From Candidatus Doudnabacteria bacterium (GTDB taxonomy: Bacteria; Patescibacteriota; Doudnabacteria; UBA920), in assembly GCA_963768175.1 (NCBI GenBank), contig CAVYGQ010000001.1:638305-702304 (forward strand): a stretch of 64,000 nucleotides of DNA, in the 5' to 3' direction. Position 1 is the first letter of the stretch, and the number at the start of each line of letters is the position of its first letter. The translations under genes were made by a program, and so were the position numbers. This document shows, in pieces, positions 48,733-57,441 of this stretch. The notes beneath the pieces are model-generated. The model was not told the DNA's origin. It saw only the letters and a program-made list of their open reading frames with translations, and made no database searches.

Positions 48733-51258
48733 TTAAACCAGTTTAAACTTTTTATCCAGCAAGGCTAAGACTGCCCCAAAAATCAGGAAGGTAAAGCCAA
48801 TTGGCATTCCCGTGCGGGGTAAATGAGTGCTTGCGCCTAAAACTTTGGGCATTTGCAAATTAGAAGCGCTCGTACTGGTGCTCAAAACCTGTCCTTGAGG
48901 AACTCCGCCGCCAGATGAACTTCCGCCTCCACCGCCTCCACCACCGCCGGAGTTAGTATCGGCTGGGTTGTTATTTTGTCCGCCTGTGTTTCCCGAATCT
49001 CCGGAATTGGGATTGTCGCCCGCTAAACCAGTTGAATCCGGCGTATTTGTGGCTGTCAAAACAGTTAAAGTATTTTGATTATTATCCAGATTGGTTTCCG
49101 GCCCGTTGCCAAAGATATGAGCAAAAAAGTTGTCCGGCGTACCGCCGTTTTGATCCTGCAAAGTCGTCAGTTGGAGATCCACATTGCCGGCCGCGTTTGG
49201 CGCGAGCTTGCCTAAATAAAACTCAATGTCTCCGGGAGCAAGCGTTTGATAAGTGGAAGTCGCCTGCGAACCGTCCGACAGAGAAGCCTGCGCGGCATTT
49301 AAAGCAAACAGCGTGGGGTCATATTTCCATTCCAGCCGGGAGTCGGCCATGGAAGCCTGCCCCTGGTTGGCAAAACCGGCATTAATATTTACCGGCGAAT
49401 TGGCCGCGTCCGGAATAGGATTCTGGTCTACGGTTTGGCTGATCGACAAGTCGGGATAGCCAAACACAATGTTGCCCTGCCAGTCCCCGTAAATATTAAC
49501 CAGCCCCACATACAAATCGGAGTTTACTAAATTGGCATTGGCAAAATTCAACACGTTGGCTAAGGCCGTGGCATTGCCGGTGGTAATGCTATCATACTTA
49601 ATGTCGCCCCCAGCCGAGGTAATACCGTTTTGGCCGGTAGTGGCATTAACCGTAATATTATTATTTATGGTAGCCTGATTGCTATTATTTATATCCACCG
49701 TGGTTATGTCGGTGCTGGAAGCGGAAGCGCCGCCGCCATCCGACGAAGATCCCGGGTCTGTCGAGGTGGGCGCGGTTATATTTTGCTGATTTTGCGAATC
49801 AGCCGGCGCAGTATCTGCGGGGGTTGACGTGGGCGAATCAACTGGTGTCTGTAATTGAGACATCAGCTGGGATTGCAACGCGGGGTCGGAACTGGACACA
49901 AATGTAAAGCCTGTCGGTTCATAGTTTAAGGTCACGGATGAAGGCAAAGAATAAATATGCCCTGACCAGTTACCCATAATATTTATCAATCCCAAAAACC
50001 ATTCGCTGTTATACACCGTAAGATTGGTTACGTTTTGGACATTGGATACGGCTGAACTGGCGCCGGTGTTGACGGCTACGTTTTTCACGTCGCCCGAAGT
50101 TCCCCTGGCGTCCGGCACGGCTTGTACGATATTATCGCCTGTGTCGGTCTGCACTACGACATTGTTGCTAATGCTGGAATCATTGCTGTTGTTAATATTT
50201 AATATGACTTTTTCTACCTGGCTGACGTCGCTGTTGCCATTCGCGCCCAGGGACATAACGTCGGTAAAATACAGCTCCGAAGGCATGATTAAATCGCCGG
50301 TCCAGCCGCCAAAAACGTTAAAAGTCACAATCGTCCAGGTGGAATTGACCGCGTTCGCGTTTACAATGTTCAGCACGTTGACCACGGCATTCACATTGCC
50401 AGTGGTGATTGAATCGTTCTTTATGTCGCCGCCATTGGAGTTCATCTGGTTGCCGCCGGTGTTGCCGTTTAAAGCCACGTCGTTATCAATATTGGCGATA
50501 TTCTGGTTGGTCAGCTTAAAAGTGGTAATACTCTGGCAGCTCACGTTGCCGCTACTGCAGATGGGGCTGACCAAGTCCTGCGTACGCTCCCCGGCGCTTA
50601 ATTCCGGCTGGTTCATATAGAGGTCGGCCGCCAGCTTGTTAAAGGTGTCATTCATCTCCACGATCTGGGAATTAACCAGATTGATGTTGGCCACGGTTAG
50701 CACGTTGGCGTAAACATTTACATCCCCCGTGGTGGTGGTCGCGTTTTTAATATCGCCGTCGGTTTGGGTAAGATTTAAACCAGTATTGGCCGTGGAAGTA
50801 GCGGTGGTTGTTGCGTTAAGATTATTAATATTGAGAATCTCAAGAGTGGTAGTGCTGTCGCTGGTTGAGGAGGCATTCGACGGATCGGTTGGCGGCAGAA
50901 CTGACGTGTCAGGGGTGCTGGTGGAGGTGGTATCCGGAGTGGATGAGGCGTCGGTTAAACTAGGATCGGTGGAGGTGGCAGATGGGTCTGGCGTTTGGGT
51001 GGTAGCATCAGGGGTGCTGGTGGAGTAAGCGGCTTGGGTATCCACAGGCACTGAATTGTCAGGACTGCCGCCGGTGGCTTGCTGCTCGGCGGGATTATTG
51101 GTGTTGTTGGCGTCGTTGATTATTGTCGGATCATCCGCCAAAGCTGCCAGAGGCCGGACCAGCATAACGGACAAAACCGCAATCGCGGCAAGCTTAAAAA
51201 CGGGCAAATTAAATTTGTGCGATGGTTTTGATGAAATTTTAATTACGGTTTCGGGCAT
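48733..51258 (-). CDS. Large secreted surface protein with an LPXTG anchor
   Basis: Signal peptide; Asn/Thr-rich repeats; LPRTG, TM and KKFK tail; adjacent to the sortase. Confidence 0.85.
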   Translation of the reverse strand: MPETVIKISSKPSHKFNLPVFKLAAIAVLSVMLVRPLAALADDPTIINDANNTNNPAEQQATGGSPDNSVPVDTQAAYSTSTPDATTQTPDPSATSTDPSLTDASSTPDTTSTSTPDTSVLPPTDPSNASSTSDSTTTLEILNINNLNATTTATSTANTGLNLTQTDGDIKNATTTTGDVNVYANVLTVANINLVNSQIVEMNDTFNKLAADLYMNQPELSAGERTQDLVSPICSSGNVSCQSITTFKLTNQNIANIDNDVALNGNTGGNQMNSNGGDIKNDSITTGNVNAVVNVLNIVNANAVNSTWTIVTFNVFGGWTGDLIMPSELYFTDVMSLGANGNSDVSQVEKVILNINNSNDSSISNNVVVQTDTGDNIVQAVPDARGTSGDVKNVAVNTGASSAVSNVQNVTNLTVYNSEWFLGLINIMGNWSGHIYSLPSSVTLNYEPTGFTFVSSSDPALQSQLMSQLQTPVDSPTSTPADTAPADSQNQQNITAPTSTDPGSSSDGGGASASSTDITTVDINNSNQATINNNITVNATTGQNGITSAGGDIKYDSITTGNATALANVLNFANANLVNSDLYVGLVNIYGDWQGNIVFGYPDLSISQTVDQNPIPDAANSPVNINAGFANQGQASMADSRLEWKYDPTLFALNAAQASLSDGSQATSTYQTLAPGDIEFYLGKLAPNAAGNVDLQLTTLQDQNGGTPDNFFAHIFGNGPETNLDNNQNTLTVLTATNTPDSTGLAGDNPNSGDSGNTGGQNNNPADTNSGGGGGGGGGSSSGGGVPQGQVLSTSTSASNLQMPKVLGASTHLPRTGMPIGFTFLIFGAVLALLDKKFKLV

Positions 51259-51577
51259 ATAAATAACGATTTGTTAATAAACCTAAATTCGCTCCCATCC
51301 GCCAAAATACGGCGGACAAAAGTGGATTTATGTTGATCTCCTTCCCAAACGCCAAAATTTGATCCCTGAGCTTGTCGAACGGGTCAAATTTTGTCCTAAA
51401 TTTATGGCCTTCTAACAGATTCAGTCAACAACTATTTAGTTTTGAAATACACTCGTGTAGTTTTTTAAGAGGACAGGCATCACTAAAGCTCTTTGCGATG
51501 GGCATCCCGATATATCGGGATGCCCATCGCCCATTTATTTGGCAAAAAACTAACTTTTTTCCAAATATTCTAACTAG

Positions 51578-51876
51578 CTAGCGCAAAACAGTAGTCATAA
51601 TAGTATTGCCGGTAGTGGCTACTGTGCTATTGGCAACAGTCGCGCCGGCAATAATGCCAGTGTGACTAACGTCGCCCATCATTGAGCCGGCATGGTTGAG
51701 GCCGGTAGAGGAGCCTGCAACAACACCATTAAGCACCTCAGAACCGTTAGCATTGGAAACACCAGCAAAGTTCTTGCTGACGGCTAGGGCAGAAGATGTA
51801 CCACCGCGGTCTGAACCAACGGTCACTTCCGGATCCGTGGCTTCAGCTGCTCCGGACGGAGCGGTAACTGAAGAAG
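51578..51876 (-). pseudogene. 3' remnant of a Thr/Gly/Ala-rich gene truncated by IS3
   Basis: Open frame runs from the IS edge to TAG; no 5' half on the far side of the IS. Confidence 0.55.
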
Positions 51877-51923
51877 TGTAAGGTACCCATTTCTTTAGGC
51901 ACCTTCTCTGCGGTTTTTTAAGG

Positions 51924-52763
51924 TTAAGTTAATGATACTTGATTCCGCTGCCGGTCGGCAAATGCTGACGGCGGCATTTTTAATGATGTATGGATTCTGT
52001 CGTGGTTGTAGCTGTAGATGAGGAGGTAAATTTCGGCCGTTAGCTCTCCCAAGGTCTTAAACCTCCCCGGATCACCTAAGTCAGTCTTGAGCTTGCCATA
52101 AAAGGATTCTTGGTAGCCGTTCTCCCACGGTGATGATTTGTGGCTCATGGAAATTGTAATACCGGCCTGTTCGGCCAGCCTACAGTAGGTTCGGGATTTG
52201 TATTCTTGCCCCTGGTCGGAATGGAGATATTTGGCCGCCGGATGTTTTTCCAGTGCGTCAATTAAAGCCAGTAGAACTAGCTGGCTGCTATGCGCGGTCC
52301 AGACTGACCAGCCGACAACCTCCCTGGTGAATAAATCTATTATCGTCGCCAGGTAAACAAACCGGCCGTGGAATGATATGTAGGTAAAGTCACTGACCCA
52401 GACAATTCCCGGCTCTTCTGGAAACGGAATCAGCATCAGCCAGTTTTGGTAAGGAGCGGAAATTTGTCCCAAATCCCTTGCTTTTCTTAGCTTTCTGCCT
52501 GTCCTGCGGTAAGGCTTAATACCAAACAGCCTCATGGTGCGCCGGATTCTTTTCTTGTTAACATGTAGCGCCGGAGCCAGCCGTTTGTGGCCGTAGCTGG
52601 GGTGGTCATGCAGGGTTTGTTCAATGCGGATTTTAAGGAGCCAGTCTTTTTGCGGCAGGGTAGGTTCGTAATACAGACTGGCTCTGCTGACTCCCAAGCT
52701 CCTGGCCAACTCGGTCTTAGTCGGATTTTCAAGGTGCATAGCGGCGGACAGGTCTTCAACCAA
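51924..52763 (-). CDS. IS3 OrfB DDE transposase
   Basis: WVSDFTYI, HSDQGQEY, PWENGYQESF. Confidence 0.93.
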   Translation of the reverse strand: MVEDLSAAMHLENPTKTELARSLGVSRASLYYEPTLPQKDWLLKIRIEQTLHDHPSYGHKRLAPALHVNKKRIRRTMRLFGIKPYRRTGRKLRKARDLGQISAPYQNWLMLIPFPEEPGIVWVSDFTYISFHGRFVYLATIIDLFTREVVGWSVWTAHSSQLVLLALIDALEKHPAAKYLHSDQGQEYKSRTYCRLAEQAGITISMSHKSSPWENGYQESFYGKLKTDLGDPGRFKTLGELTAEIYLLIYSYNHDRIHTSLKMPPSAFADRQRNQVSLT

Positions 52764-53022
52764 TGTCCTTTTTTTCCGCCAATGACAGTTTGACTGTCAG
52801 CCGGCCGATAATCTCGTGGAGGGTTTGATTTTCCCGCTTCAGGCGGGAGAGTTCAAGCACGGACGGCGGAGCTGTAACCCCTTTGGCTATCCAGCCGTAA
52901 ATGGTTTGGGTGGACAGGCCGTGCTCCTCGGCCGCCTGGGTGACGCTGACACCTTCTTCCTTAATTCGTTTTAGAATTTGAGTTTTAACTTCCGGACTGA
53001 CTTTGTATTTGCCTTTGGGCAT
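52756..53022 (-). CDS. IS3 OrfA (HTH)
   Basis: SVTQAAEEHGLSTQTIYGW plus leucine zipper; overlaps orfB near an A-rich run. Confidence 0.9.
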   Translation of the reverse strand: MPKGKYKVSPEVKTQILKRIKEEGVSVTQAAEEHGLSTQTIYGWIAKGVTAPPSVLELSRLKRENQTLHEIIGRLTVKLSLAEKKDIG

Positions 53023-53441
53023 AAAGTTAGATTCCTTTCTAGCCTTATTATACCTCAGACTAAGTGTCTAGAATTTGGGGTACCTGTCATTCATCTATTT
53101 AAATATAACACTTATTTGAGCACTAGTAAACAAATTCCCCTTTATTTCTCCACCATCTATCAACAAACATGTAACGGACTCTTCCCCGAATTCCTTTTCT
53201 GGCGACTACAAAAATCCAAAAAAAAGAGGCAGGCCCGAATCTCCGGCCAACAAAAGCGACCGCCTGCTCCGGCGACTCAGCTTTAGTGTAAGCGACGAAC
53301 TTTCTTTTCTTCCCGTTAGTATCAAAAACTGCGTACAACTCTTTCTCTTTCTCTTGCTTCTCACTCGGCCTCATAAACGACATTCGTACCTGCCTGGCAT
53401 AAATAAGAAAAAGCTTACATTATCTCATTACTCCGACGCCA

Positions 53442-53557
53442 GAAAGCCCCGGGCTCCTGCCCGGGGATGAATGGCTTTCTGGGTCGGAGTGCCGACCTCG
53501 CGAAGCGAGCGTCGGAGCCCCCGAGAGGCCCCGGCCTCCCGGCCGGGGAGCATCACT
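53442..53557. repeat. Possible IS200/IS605-type end hairpins without a transposase
   Basis: AAGCCCCGGGC..GCCCGGGGATGAA and GGCCCCGGCC..GGCCGGGGAGCATCAC in tandem. Confidence 0.45.
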
Positions 53558-53628
53558 ACAATCTTGAACGGTCTTATTGACATATCCAGAATTAATACAT
53601 ACAATTTACAAACCAAAGGAGGAGAAAG

Positions 53629-54630
53629 GTGTCAAACTGTAAGCCCGGAAACGGGAAGGTTTTGCAGTTGGAACAGACTTTAGCTATCAAGCTCACCCTC
53701 CCGTTGAGGACAATCCACCACCATCTCACACAGATGATGCTGGAAGTCCAGCGGGAGATTAACGGCTGCGGCTACAGAAGGATTTCCACCAAAGAACTTC
53801 GGCCTGTGAAGCGGATGGCCGAGTTTGAGGCAGAGCTGCGGGCGAGCGAAGATGCGCCGCGGCGTGAGTATGTGCTCCGGCGAATTGCGAAATTCTACAA
53901 AATCCACCGGCTGCTTCAGGCGGGCCTTAGCGAGAGCTACGAATCGCTCGTCTATTACGCGGCCGAACTTCGTCGGCAAGCTGAGTGTGCGCGAGAAGCT
54001 CGCCAAGAAACCAAACGGGATGGCGCCCGTGACCAAAACAGCATCTCGGTGGCCGAAGAAATCACCGCCGACTTTGGCTTCTTGAGGATGGAAGAGGTGG
54101 CGTTGGGCGGCCTCGGCGCAGGCGGTTACAAACACCCCAAGGTTGAAGCTCTAATCACGCAGTGCCGGAATCTCGCGCTTCTTAAGCGCCGCTGTTTGGT
54201 GTTTGTGGGTAATAAGCTGCTGGGGGAAACGCTGGCAGACAAGCTTTGGGCGAGCGGAATCCGCGCAGTAACACTCATGGGTGCGCGCTCAGGAAACCAG
54301 CGTAGGCACGAACAGGCGGTGCAGAAGTTTCTAGGCGGCCAGGCGGATGTCCTTATCTGCACTTCTGTGCTGGAATCGGAAAAAGCCTTCCCTGAATTAG
54401 AAGCAGGGGGGATAATCTGCTACACCCTCCCGCACACGAAGGGTTCCAAAGAGGCCCGCAGTGCCCGCGGCCCCAGCGACGAAATGAGCTTTATCACCAA
54501 CCTGGTGGCTAGCCAGAGCCCGGATTGCACGTTCTGGTTGCTCAGGCGCGAACTTCAAAAAGAGGCCGCCGAACAGGCGATCCAAGGAACACAGCCTCCA
54601 GTCCAAATGGATTTGGGTTTGACATCGTAG
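53629..54630 (+). CDS. Divergent helicase C-terminal-domain protein (Hef/Mph1-like), no Walker A domain
   Basis: HPKVEAL, CLVFV, F.GGQADVLICTSV.E; AAAGGAGG upstream; GC-rich. Confidence 0.55.
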   Translation: MSNCKPGNGKVLQLEQTLAIKLTLPLRTIHHHLTQMMLEVQREINGCGYRRISTKELRPVKRMAEFEAELRASEDAPRREYVLRRIAKFYKIHRLLQAGLSESYESLVYYAAELRRQAECAREARQETKRDGARDQNSISVAEEITADFGFLRMEEVALGGLGAGGYKHPKVEALITQCRNLALLKRRCLVFVGNKLLGETLADKLWASGIRAVTLMGARSGNQRRHEQAVQKFLGGQADVLICTSVLESEKAFPELEAGGIICYTLPHTKGSKEARSARGPSDEMSFITNLVASQSPDCTFWLLRRELQKEAAEQAIQGTQPPVQMDLGLTS

Positions 54631-54996
54631 CCTTTACAGTGGGTTTCCCGGCCAACCGTTGGGAAATCCACTTCTTTTTTTATTGCCAAAACCCCGGAAA
54701 AGTCCAGACAGGTTCGAATATCCCATCTCCCTGTAACAAAAAAATCCTTAATTAAAAGGATCTTTTTTGGCTCGACATCGGTAACTGCCTCCTTGGATTT
54801 GGTGTGAATATTTTAGCATAAAACCCAGCGGCATGGTACTGTAAAACAATCTCCCTTGCCGTCTTATTGATTGGACGGTTTTTTAGAAACAAAACTTAAA
54901 AGCCTAAAATATAATAATTATGGCTAACCGGCTTGCAATCCCCCGCCCAAACGTTATACTATAACCAACAGGAACAATAAAATTAAGCTTATTTTT

Positions 54997-55191
54997 ATGC
55001 CGGAACTAGAAAATAGGGAAAAAATTTTTAATTTGCCGGTCGCGGAAGCCGACCACCACGGGCACCACCACTGCCCGAAATGTCAAACAGATAAAGGGAC
55101 TTTGCCTGCCGGCACATATACCTGTGAGGTTGAAAATTGCGGCACAAAATTTGTAGTAAAAGATTTGGAATTGAAGGAGAAAAAAGAATAG
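54997..55191 (+). CDS. Small zinc-ribbon-like protein
   Basis: CPKC...CEVENC with a His cluster. Confidence 0.55.
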   Translation: MPELENREKIFNLPVAEADHHGHHHCPKCQTDKGTLPAGTYTCEVENCGTKFVVKDLELKEKKE

Positions 55192-55319
55192 GATAGCCAA
55201 ATGAGTTCCAACTTTTACCCGCTCGTAAAAGAGCGGGTTTTTTGTTACAGACTCCCCCCGGCGGAATCCTTTCAACACAAAACCCCATTTTTGCCAAAAG
55301 TTGCTATAATTATATTGCA

Positions 55320-55844
55320 ATGACAAAAAAACCAACTACCGGATTTACATGGCACCATTTATTAAAATTAAATTTAAAAAGTAGCGCGGGGTTTACGCTA
55401 ATTGAGCTGTTGGTGGTAATTTCTATAATCGGGCTCATGGCTTCCATTGTCCTGGTCGCTTTAAATAACTCCAGACTGCAGGCCAGAAACGCCAAAAGAA
55501 AAGCCGATATCAGGGAAGTCCGCACGGCTTTGGAACTGTACTACAGCGACAACCAGGATACTTACCCCCATAGCGGCGCGCTCGGCACCGCCAACAACGA
55601 GAGCGACATCCAAAAATTGTCCGGCTTTTTGGCACCCAAATATGTGTTGTTTTTACCCAATGACCCCAAAAACAACCCATACAACTACCAATATGTCTGG
55701 AAAAACGGAGGCAAAGACTACGGCATTTTTGTGCCGTTTTCCGACGACGGCAGCAGCAGCTGCCAATTCCAGACCGCGGGCGGATCAAAAAACTGGTTTA
55801 AAAAAGGTTCAAAGCAAACGCCGCTGTGTAATTACCAAAACTAA
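55320..55844 (+). CDS. Type IV pilin / GspG-like protein
   Basis: GFTLIELLVVISII, ALELYY, LPNDP. Confidence 0.9.
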   Translation: MTKKPTTGFTWHHLLKLNLKSSAGFTLIELLVVISIIGLMASIVLVALNNSRLQARNAKRKADIREVRTALELYYSDNQDTYPHSGALGTANNESDIQKLSGFLAPKYVLFLPNDPKNNPYNYQYVWKNGGKDYGIFVPFSDDGSSSCQFQTAGGSKNWFKKGSKQTPLCNYQN

Positions 55845-55927
55845 AAACTCCTAAACCCCAGCGTAAATAATTATGGCAAAAAACAAAAAACTCCCGTTTT
55901 TAGGGAGTTTTTTAAATCTGGATTTTT

Positions 55928-55966
55928 TTAGCGGGTGACGGAAATAGGTTGACTAAGTTCGGCGTA
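55928..55966 (-). pseudogene. Orphan pilin 3'-end fragment (YAELSQPISVTR*)
   Basis: Shares GTCACCCGCTAA and the downstream terminator with the pilin ending at 56715. Confidence 0.65.
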
Positions 55967-55980
55967 TATTTTTAAAGCTT

Positions 55981-56298
55981 TTAAGCCAGCTGTTTTAATA
56001 AAAGCGGCACCTCGTTAACAGCTACATCAAAAACAATGGCCAAATCAACGTCCATGTAATCATGAACCAGGCGATTGCGCATGGCCATGGCTTTGTTCCA
56101 GTCAATGGAGGAAAAACGCTGACGGGTTTCCGGGGAAAGCCGCTTGGAAGCTTCGCCGATATTTTCTATGAGCTTAACCACGGCCAATTGCAATTTTTCG
56201 TCAGCGGCAAAATCTTCGTATTTTTGGCTTTGGGTAAACTCAATAACCTTTTGGCAAAATTCCTTAATCTCTGCCAAATATATTTGGTCTTTTTCCAT
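55981..56298 (-). CDS. hepT: HepT (DUF86) HEPN RNase toxin
   Basis: IGEASK, RNRLVHDY (RX4H). Confidence 0.9.
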   Translation of the reverse strand: MEKDQIYLAEIKEFCQKVIEFTQSQKYEDFAADEKLQLAVVKLIENIGEASKRLSPETRQRFSSIDWNKAMAMRNRLVHDYMDVDLAIVFDVAVNEVPLLLKQLA

Positions 56299-56575
56299 AA
56301 ATCAGTTTTAAATCCCGCTCAATCTGCGGGCGTAAAAATTTGTTAACCGCGCCTTCGGTGACCAGATCAATGTCCCGGCCTAAAGATTGGCGCAAACTTT
56401 TGTCAAGATTAAGATAGGCCGCAAAAGTCGCCGGTCCCGTAAACTTTACCAAAATATCCACGTCGCTGTCCGGCCTGGCCTGGCCTCTGGCCACACTGCC
56501 AAAAACGCCGATGTATTCCACCGGATTTTCTTTGATAACCGGCATGATTTTTTCCTTGGCTTCTTCAAAGGTCAT
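56264..56575 (-). CDS. mntA: MntA minimal nucleotidyltransferase antitoxin
   Basis: VFGSVARG...DSDVDILV; overlaps hepT. Confidence 0.9.
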   Translation of the reverse strand: MTFEEAKEKIMPVIKENPVEYIGVFGSVARGQARPDSDVDILVKFTGPATFAAYLNLDKSLRQSLGRDIDLVTEGAVNKFLRPQIERDLKLIYGKRPNIFGRD

Positions 56576-56714
56576 ACAAATATGTTATCATTTTTTAAAA
56601 GCGGGGTCAAAGCAACATAAAAAACTCCCCTATTACCCTCACCCTGCCCTCTCCCGCTTTGCGGGAGAGGGAAAAATGAAAAGCTATAAAGGGAGTTTTT
56701 TGATTTTGGATTTT

Positions 56715-57212
56715 TTAGCGGGTGACACAAATGGCAGTGCTACCAGGGATAGCGCCCTCAACACCATTAGGAGCACAAACCGTTACGCGCCCATTTGCAT
56801 CAACCGCAACAGTATACTTAGTATCATAAGAAGATGAGCAATTAGTAACGGCCCCACTGGTTATGCTGGGATCAACCGGCAGTGAAGGAAGATAGGTAGG
56901 TACTAAGGAGGAACAAAGATCGGCATTACCACTTGCAATATCCTCAGCAGTCATGGAAAGTGATAAGGCTGGCGGCATGGTACCTTTATTATCAGCAAGA
57001 TATTGACCAACGCCATTTAATATTGCGTTAACGTTGCTGGTGCGCTGGGTATTTCTGCCTTGCGCAAACTGGCGGGCAGGGTTGATGGCAATAATCACAA
57101 TTGCCGCCAAAATGGCAATCAAACCAATAACCACCAAAATTTCAATAAGGGTAAACCCGCCTTGTCTTGCGATATTCGAGGCAAGCCCTTTTTGATTCTC
57201 ATTTTTAATCAT
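56715..57212 (-). CDS. Type IV pilin (probable major pilin)
   Basis: GFTLIEILVVIGLIAILA..V.IAINP..QF. Confidence 0.9.
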   Translation of the reverse strand: MIKNENQKGLASNIARQGGFTLIEILVVIGLIAILAAIVIIAINPARQFAQGRNTQRTSNVNAILNGVGQYLADNKGTMPPALSLSMTAEDIASGNADLCSSLVPTYLPSLPVDPSITSGAVTNCSSSYDTKYTVAVDANGRVTVCAPNGVEGAIPGSTAICVTR

Positions 57213-57441
57213 AAATTTGTTTACCCTGTTAAATTTTACCCCGTTAAATTATCCGCCCCTAGCGGAGACTATTTAACTGGGGATTTAACAGGGTGAATTA
57301 ATAATTAATATTGCAATTTTTTATTTAGTTATTTTTAGCATAATCGACCAGTATTGCTAAATATTTGTTTTATTAATAACTCATTTTAGCAGGAAAGCTT
57401 TTTCCAGTCAATATGAAAATTTGACAAAAAAATGGCTTATC

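Larger units (their letters stand above)
51877..53089 (-). mobile_element. IS3-family insertion sequence (1213 bp)
   Basis: TG...CA ends; imperfect ~38-bp IRs (TGTAAGGTACCC / GGGTACCTGTCA); orfA and orfB; no target duplication seen. Confidence 0.9.
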
